26,414 nt of DNA from Dehalococcoidales bacterium (lineage in GTDB: Bacteria; Chloroflexota; Dehalococcoidia; Dehalococcoidales; JAQTRN01): positions 14,080-40,493 of the forward strand of contig JAQTRN010000001.1 of assembly GCA_028711795.1 (NCBI GenBank), read 5' to 3'. This document shows positions 22,025-26,414 of the stretch, piece after piece (position 1 is the first letter of the stretch; every line of letters begins with the position of its first letter). The translations under genes and the position numbers were made by a program. The notes beneath the pieces are model-generated. The model saw only the letters and a list, made by a program, of their open reading frames with translations, had not been told where the DNA came from and searched no databases.

Positions 22025-23583
22025 TGGCTAACGAGCTCAGACACAAAAATACCGACGTTGTAAATAAGCTCTCCGCTTCCGAGTGGGTGGACGTTGATAC
22101 CCACCAATTCAATAACCAGGCCACGGGCGACTTGGCCTACGCACCATCAGCAACGCAGATTAGCCGGTTTCCGATTGGCGCTAACGGGAAGATTCTGTCC
22201 GTGGCTTCTGGTTTACCTGCATGGGTAGTGCCTGGAGCTTTAGGGGCTTCGGCTTATGTTATCGCCAACGACGCGCCTGCTGCTATCAAGACGTGGGCGA
22301 CTATATTACAGACGGCGGGGTTTCCGGTGTGGGGCTGTGACGGGACGGCAGATGATGTTCAGATTCAGGCGGCGATAACTGCTGCTGCTGCAGGTAACGG
22401 CGGAATCGTACAACTATCTGACGGGAGGTTTACGCTGAGCGCTCCATTGGTTCTCGCCAGCAATGTATGGCTCAGGGGCAATGGTGCGGACAAAGACATA
22501 ACCTTCTACGTTACGCCGCCCAGCCCGCTACCGAGACTTAACAATGGTACTGTCCTGTTTATAGATACTGCTGCAATGAATGCCATCAACATAGCAGGAG
22601 AATTGCAAAGTGCCTACCTATCCGATTTCAGTATTGACTTCAACAACGGGCTAGCCTCGACAGGCCACGGTATCAACCAAACAGCATTGTTAAACGGGTT
22701 AGGACTGACCCAATTCAACTTCAAGAACATACTAGCCAACAATGTGGACAAAGACCACTATTCACTGTATATGGAAACTCCTTGCCTAGGCAGAATCGAG
22801 GACTTCTATTCGTACGGTGGCGGTTATATCAAGATAGTGTTAACAGATACGAATGGTCTTTACGGCAGCCAATTCAACGCCGGTAATATCCAGTTCGACA
22901 ACTGCTTTGCGTACGTTACAACGGCGACAATGACCGTTCCTCCTGTGATGATGGGGTGGTCAACCGCCTCGGCGGGGATTCTGAATCTGATGCAATTCAA
23001 CCGATTCCAAGTCAATGCCACACTGCCCGCTGGTACTGACGGAATGCAACTAACTCACGTCTGGTACACCGGGTTTTACAACCTTGACCTTGAAATAGCA
23101 GGGTCTACTAAAGTTGTCGCACTAAACAATTCACAGGAGGTTGCGTTCTTCAATCCCCTAGTAGGCGGGGGTGGTGAAAAATTCGAAGCGGTTTCGAGCT
23201 TAGTAAAAGCGTATGGCGGACGGTGGGGGTTGGTGCTTTACGATGACAACCAATATAGCGTTTATGACGGAATCTACTTAAATTCCCTGCATGCCGGCAG
23301 CTCCGCTAAACCAACACATAGTGTAATAAACAGTCTTAGGTCGGAGAACTCCGGCACCGCCACTATCCTTGATACCACAACCTCTATCAAAGTTACTCAC
23401 GGGCTGGCCGCTGTGCCGACCAGAGTGATTATCACGTTAACTACCAGTCTCGGTGACGCCACGGAAATCTACGTCAGCAATAAAGATATTGATTCCGATG
23501 GGTTAAAATTCCAGGTTGATGTTGACCTAGACCCTGGGGCAAATGTCTCCTTCGACTGGCGCGCTCAGGTAGGTGAAGGCTAA
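22024..23583 (+). CDS. Tailspike / receptor-binding protein with pectin-lyase-like beta-helix (putative depolymerase)
   Basis: DGTADDVQIQAAI..A...GGIVQLSDGRF.L...L.L.SNV.L.G.G is the usual beta-helix start; N-terminal GDLAYA...GKILSV.SGLPAW; C-terminal beta domain (VTHGL..VPT.V). Confidence 0.8.
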   Translation: MANELRHKNTDVVNKLSASEWVDVDTHQFNNQATGDLAYAPSATQISRFPIGANGKILSVASGLPAWVVPGALGASAYVIANDAPAAIKTWATILQTAGFPVWGCDGTADDVQIQAAITAAAAGNGGIVQLSDGRFTLSAPLVLASNVWLRGNGADKDITFYVTPPSPLPRLNNGTVLFIDTAAMNAINIAGELQSAYLSDFSIDFNNGLASTGHGINQTALLNGLGLTQFNFKNILANNVDKDHYSLYMETPCLGRIEDFYSYGGGYIKIVLTDTNGLYGSQFNAGNIQFDNCFAYVTTATMTVPPVMMGWSTASAGILNLMQFNRFQVNATLPAGTDGMQLTHVWYTGFYNLDLEIAGSTKVVALNNSQEVAFFNPLVGGGGEKFEAVSSLVKAYGGRWGLVLYDDNQYSVYDGIYLNSLHAGSSAKPTHSVINSLRSENSGTATILDTTTSIKVTHGLAAVPTRVIITLTTSLGDATEIYVSNKDIDSDGLKFQVDVDLDPGANVSFDWRAQVGEG

Positions 23584-25157
23584 TGTCCCCTTTTCCTTAC
23601 ACTTTCCCAATTGAGTTCGGGGTAAACCCGTCTTGTGTCGTTTTAATTGACGGGGACTTGCCTCAAATCCTGCGTGGTTCTTTGTCCATTGACAAGCGGA
23701 TTGAGGAACGCTCTACCGCCTCTTTTACCCTGGTAGATGCGGCCGGGACGGAATCCTATGCCCGGGGCCAGCCCGTATATATCTACGACCTTGAGGACAA
23801 CTTAATCTTCGCCGGATTCATTGATAACCCGGGGAAAACACGGATGGCCCCCGGCTCCGGGCTGCTGCACGAAATATCCTGCATGGACAACCACTACCTG
23901 GCCGATAAACGACTCGTCATCCGCTCTTACGCCAACCAGACGGCGGGCTATATCGTTAACGAGCTGCTCACCGACTACCTGGCCGGTGAAGGCATCACGG
24001 CAGGGGAAATCCAGGACGGACCCACCATCCAGTCGGCGGTATTCAACTACGTCAAGGCTAGCGAAGCTCTCGACGCCTTGAAGGAACTATCCGGCTTCAC
24101 CTGGTATATTGACGAAAACAAAGATCTATACTTTGTTGACCGTTCTACCTACACGGCCCCCTGGCAACTGGACTGGGTGAATCATAGAGCGTTAAAGGGC
24201 AGCTCCCACCTATCAACCGGAAATCCTTTGTACCGCAACCGCCAATACATCAGAGGCGGGAAAGGACTTACATCTCTTCAAACGCTTCATTTCACCGGGG
24301 ACGGAGTGTTGCAGTCCTTCATTCTAGGCTATCCACTAGCGCTGGAACCAACTATCACCGAAGATGCCGCCGCTATGACAGTAGGTATCAAGGGTATCGA
24401 AACGGGCTTTGACTACTACTGGAACAAGGGCGATAACTCAATCTACGCCGATACTGCCCCAGGGGTAGGGGTAGACGTTGAAGTCCAATATTACGGACAG
24501 TATCCGCTAATTACTCTGTCGGTAGATGCGGCCGGGCAGGTAGCAAGGCAGGCCATTGAAGGCGGGACGGGTTACGTCGAGGATATCGTAACAGAATCAC
24601 AACACGAGACGGCGGAGGCCGTCCAGGAATCAGCTAGTGCCAAGCTCACCGTATACTGCCAGGAAGCCGAGAAGTTCACCTACCAAACTCACACGTCAGG
24701 ACTAGCCCCCGGCCAGCTACAGGAAATCACCTATGCACCCTTCGGATTCGCCGCTCACGAAATGCTAATTGAGTCCATCCATATCACGGCAGAGGGGGGA
24801 TTAGTTACTTGCGATGTGAGCTGTGTCACCGGGCCGACTATGGGGAGCTGGGCGAAGTTCTTCTCGAATATCCTTACCCGCCAGGACAAGACGCTACAGG
24901 TGGGGGATTCGTTGCTATTGGCGCTCTTGGAGCAGGCTGAAACAGTAGCTATCGCCGAATCAGACAACATCGAGACGGATGACTTCTCGGGCGGGATTGT
25001 CAACAGGTGGATTGCCTTACCCCCCACGCAAGGGGCAGGGCATAACGTAGAACACGAGCTGGTGGCGATTGCCGAAACCCCGAACTTGGTAGACCACGAC
25101 ACGGAAGATTACGAGTGGGACGACGGCTGCGAGTGGGATTTCGCTACCTGGGCGTGA
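23583..25157 (+). CDS. Tail tip hub protein (gp27/gpD/Tal-like)
   Basis: SIDKRIEERSTASFTL...IFAGFID, ASEALDALKELSGFTWYIDENK.LYF and YRNRQYIRGG patterns; C-terminal WDDGCEWDFATW. Confidence 0.75.
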   Translation: MSPFPYTFPIEFGVNPSCVVLIDGDLPQILRGSLSIDKRIEERSTASFTLVDAAGTESYARGQPVYIYDLEDNLIFAGFIDNPGKTRMAPGSGLLHEISCMDNHYLADKRLVIRSYANQTAGYIVNELLTDYLAGEGITAGEIQDGPTIQSAVFNYVKASEALDALKELSGFTWYIDENKDLYFVDRSTYTAPWQLDWVNHRALKGSSHLSTGNPLYRNRQYIRGGKGLTSLQTLHFTGDGVLQSFILGYPLALEPTITEDAAAMTVGIKGIETGFDYYWNKGDNSIYADTAPGVGVDVEVQYYGQYPLITLSVDAAGQVARQAIEGGTGYVEDIVTESQHETAEAVQESASAKLTVYCQEAEKFTYQTHTSGLAPGQLQEITYAPFGFAAHEMLIESIHITAEGGLVTCDVSCVTGPTMGSWAKFFSNILTRQDKTLQVGDSLLLALLEQAETVAIAESDNIETDDFSGGIVNRWIALPPTQGAGHNVEHELVAIAETPNLVDHDTEDYEWDDGCEWDFATWA

Positions 25158-25168
25158 TAGGAGAACGT

Positions 25169-25642
25169 ATGAAGACCAAAAAGAACGAATCTATTAAGCT
25201 CATCGGGCGGTGGAAACTCACCGCCCGCAATCGTTTTACGGGTGAGGTAATCACTAAAGAGGGCGGGAACCTCGTTACCACAGTAGGAAAACAATTAGTC
25301 GGGGATATGCTGATTGACAGAACGGGCTATGATACCGGCCTGACCTACTGCGCCATCGGCTCTGACAATACCGCCCCGGCCATAACGGATACTACCCTCA
25401 CTGTAGAGGAAGCCCGCAAAGCGATTACCTCTAGAACTAGGGCGGGTAACGATATCACCCTGTCCACCTTTTTCACTGCGGCGGAGGCGACTTATGCCAT
25501 TGAAGAGGCTGGGGTGTTCGGACATTCTACGGCTTCGGCTGCTGCGGATAGCGGCGTGCTGGCCTCACATTTCCTCGTTAGCTTTGATAACACCGGGGGG
25601 TTATACGATATCACCGTTCAGCTCACGTGGACGATAGGCTAG
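25169..25642 (+). CDS. Tail-tip structural protein, fibre anchor-like
   Basis: Start moved to ATG 25169 (AGGAG); NLVTTVG...YCAIG.DNTAP...DT.L..E..RK...EEAGVF pattern, resembling tail-fibre N-terminal anchor domains. Confidence 0.7.
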   Translation: MKTKKNESIKLIGRWKLTARNRFTGEVITKEGGNLVTTVGKQLVGDMLIDRTGYDTGLTYCAIGSDNTAPAITDTTLTVEEARKAITSRTRAGNDITLSTFFTAAEATYAIEEAGVFGHSTASAAADSGVLASHFLVSFDNTGGLYDITVQLTWTIG

Positions 25643-25651
25643 AGGTGAATT

Positions 25652-26008
25652 ATGGCGATTGCAACAGGTAATCAGATACTAGCGGCGGATGTGGCCCTAG
25701 GAGCTAATATGCCGTCTGGCTCAATTATTATCTGGACGGGCACTATCGCCAACATCCCGGCCGGGTGGCTGATATGCGACGGCAACAACTCTACCCCTAA
25801 CCTGCTGGCGAAATTCCTGGAAGGGGTGGCAACGGCGGGAACTGACCCAGGGACTACAGGGGGGAATGTCAGCCATACGCATACACTACCGGACGGCGGG
25901 ACTATTACCTCAACCGGGACAGGCACTTACCTGATGAACCCCTTAACCTCTGGCAGCACCGACGGCCGCCCGCCGTTCTACGACGCAGCCTTTATCATGA
26001 AGTCTTAA
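25652..26008 (+). CDS. Minimal tail fibre with phage tail collar domain
   Basis: PSGSIIIWTG..ANIPAGWLICDG..STPNL..KF and GG..SHTH...PPFY..AFIMK; 118 aa. Confidence 0.85.
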   Translation: MAIATGNQILAADVALGANMPSGSIIIWTGTIANIPAGWLICDGNNSTPNLLAKFLEGVATAGTDPGTTGGNVSHTHTLPDGGTITSTGTGTYLMNPLTSGSTDGRPPFYDAAFIMKS

Positions 26009-26021
26009 ATCGAGGTGGGCT

Positions 26022-26408
26022 TTGATTATTAAATGCTTTCGCTGCGGTAAGGACATTGACTCCCCCGGAATCAAGGGCAAGAGGGTAGGCGGCAAGGTAG
26101 AGACCTACTTCAACGCCGACTACGTAATGGCCGAAGATACCCAGGCGGACGAGGAACGAGCGGCTTATGAGGCCGTCAAACATACCGAGACGACCTTAAA
26201 AAAGAAGGACAAGGGCGAGCCGATTGACGAGAACGAATACGAGCGTGTGCCAATCGTCAGCCCCGGCCATGTAGCAATCGGCCAGGATAACGTCATCCGG
26301 GTGGAAGTTGTCAAGAAGATGGCGCGAGTCCAGAAAACTGGAATCGTCTGCCCGGACTGTTACAGACCGACAGACACGGTAATCTGGGGCGCTCACAAGG
26401 CGGTGTGA
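26022..26408 (+). CDS. Hypothetical protein with split CxxC...CxxC, possible fibre chaperone
   Basis: TTG with RBS GAGGTG; CFRC at the N-terminus and CPDC near the C-terminus. Confidence 0.65.
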   Translation: MIIKCFRCGKDIDSPGIKGKRVGGKVETYFNADYVMAEDTQADEERAAYEAVKHTETTLKKKDKGEPIDENEYERVPIVSPGHVAIGQDNVIRVEVVKKMARVQKTGIVCPDCYRPTDTVIWGAHKAV

Positions 26409-26414
26409 TATGTC

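Larger units (their letters stand above)
1..26414 (+). mobile_element. Siphovirus-like phage/prophage segment (late regulation, packaging, head, neck and tail modules)
   Basis: Canonical order terS-terL-portal-MuF-protease/scaffold-capsid-head/tail joining-tail tube-chaperone-tape measure-tail tip, with tight gene packing. No sheath or contractile baseplate genes. No att site or integrase in the window, so free phage versus prophage is undetermined. Confidence 0.97.

Noticed and set aside
1-26414. Genome-wide TAG recoding (alternative genetic code)
   Set aside because: Many genes end in TAG, but they are full length and are followed by RBSs or quick second stops (capsid TAG AAG TAA). No conserved gene appears broken by TAG.
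26410-26414. ATG at the window edge after TGA 26406-26408
   Set aside because: Probably the start of the next gene, but only 5 nt are visible, so nothing can be called.

Overview
The whole window is a continuous segment of a tailed dsDNA bacteriophage or prophage genome (siphovirus-like, HK97-fold capsid), almost all on the + strand. The host is bacterial, judged from GGAGG ribosome-binding sites and TTGACA/TATAAT-type promoters; no taxon can be proven from sequence alone. Gene order: small Cys-rich early/middle genes, a VRR-NUC nuclease and a stand-alone LuxR-type HTH (1-2406); a promoter/terminator unit facing a self-contained two-gene antisense cassette (2403-3290); terS, terL, portal, MuF-like head morphogenesis gene; a ChaB-domain/prohead protease/scaffold fusion; three tandem DUF2190-like capsid cement paralogs with different C-terminal tails; major capsid protein; a head/neck fibre module; head-tail joining genes; two tandem tail-tube paralogs; a tail assembly chaperone with a -1 frameshift site; an antisense membrane-protein moron; tape measure; a beta-helix tailspike; tail hub; small tail-fibre genes. 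No integrase, lysis genes, tRNA, CRISPR array or reverse transcriptase are visible. Most notable: (i) a duplicate-and-decorate virion design in both capsid and tail, with Trp-rich tails on two cement proteins and no recognisable Dit gene; (ii) a protease/scaffold protein with xxE|A/S motifs at its domain boundaries, suggesting a polyprotein; (iii) a two-state terminator hairpin facing an antisense cassette upstream of the packaging genes; (iv) a fully overprinted zinc-finger gene at the portal 3' end. All family assignments come from recognising motifs by eye, not from database searches. Several start codons were moved from the ORF track using RBS evidence.
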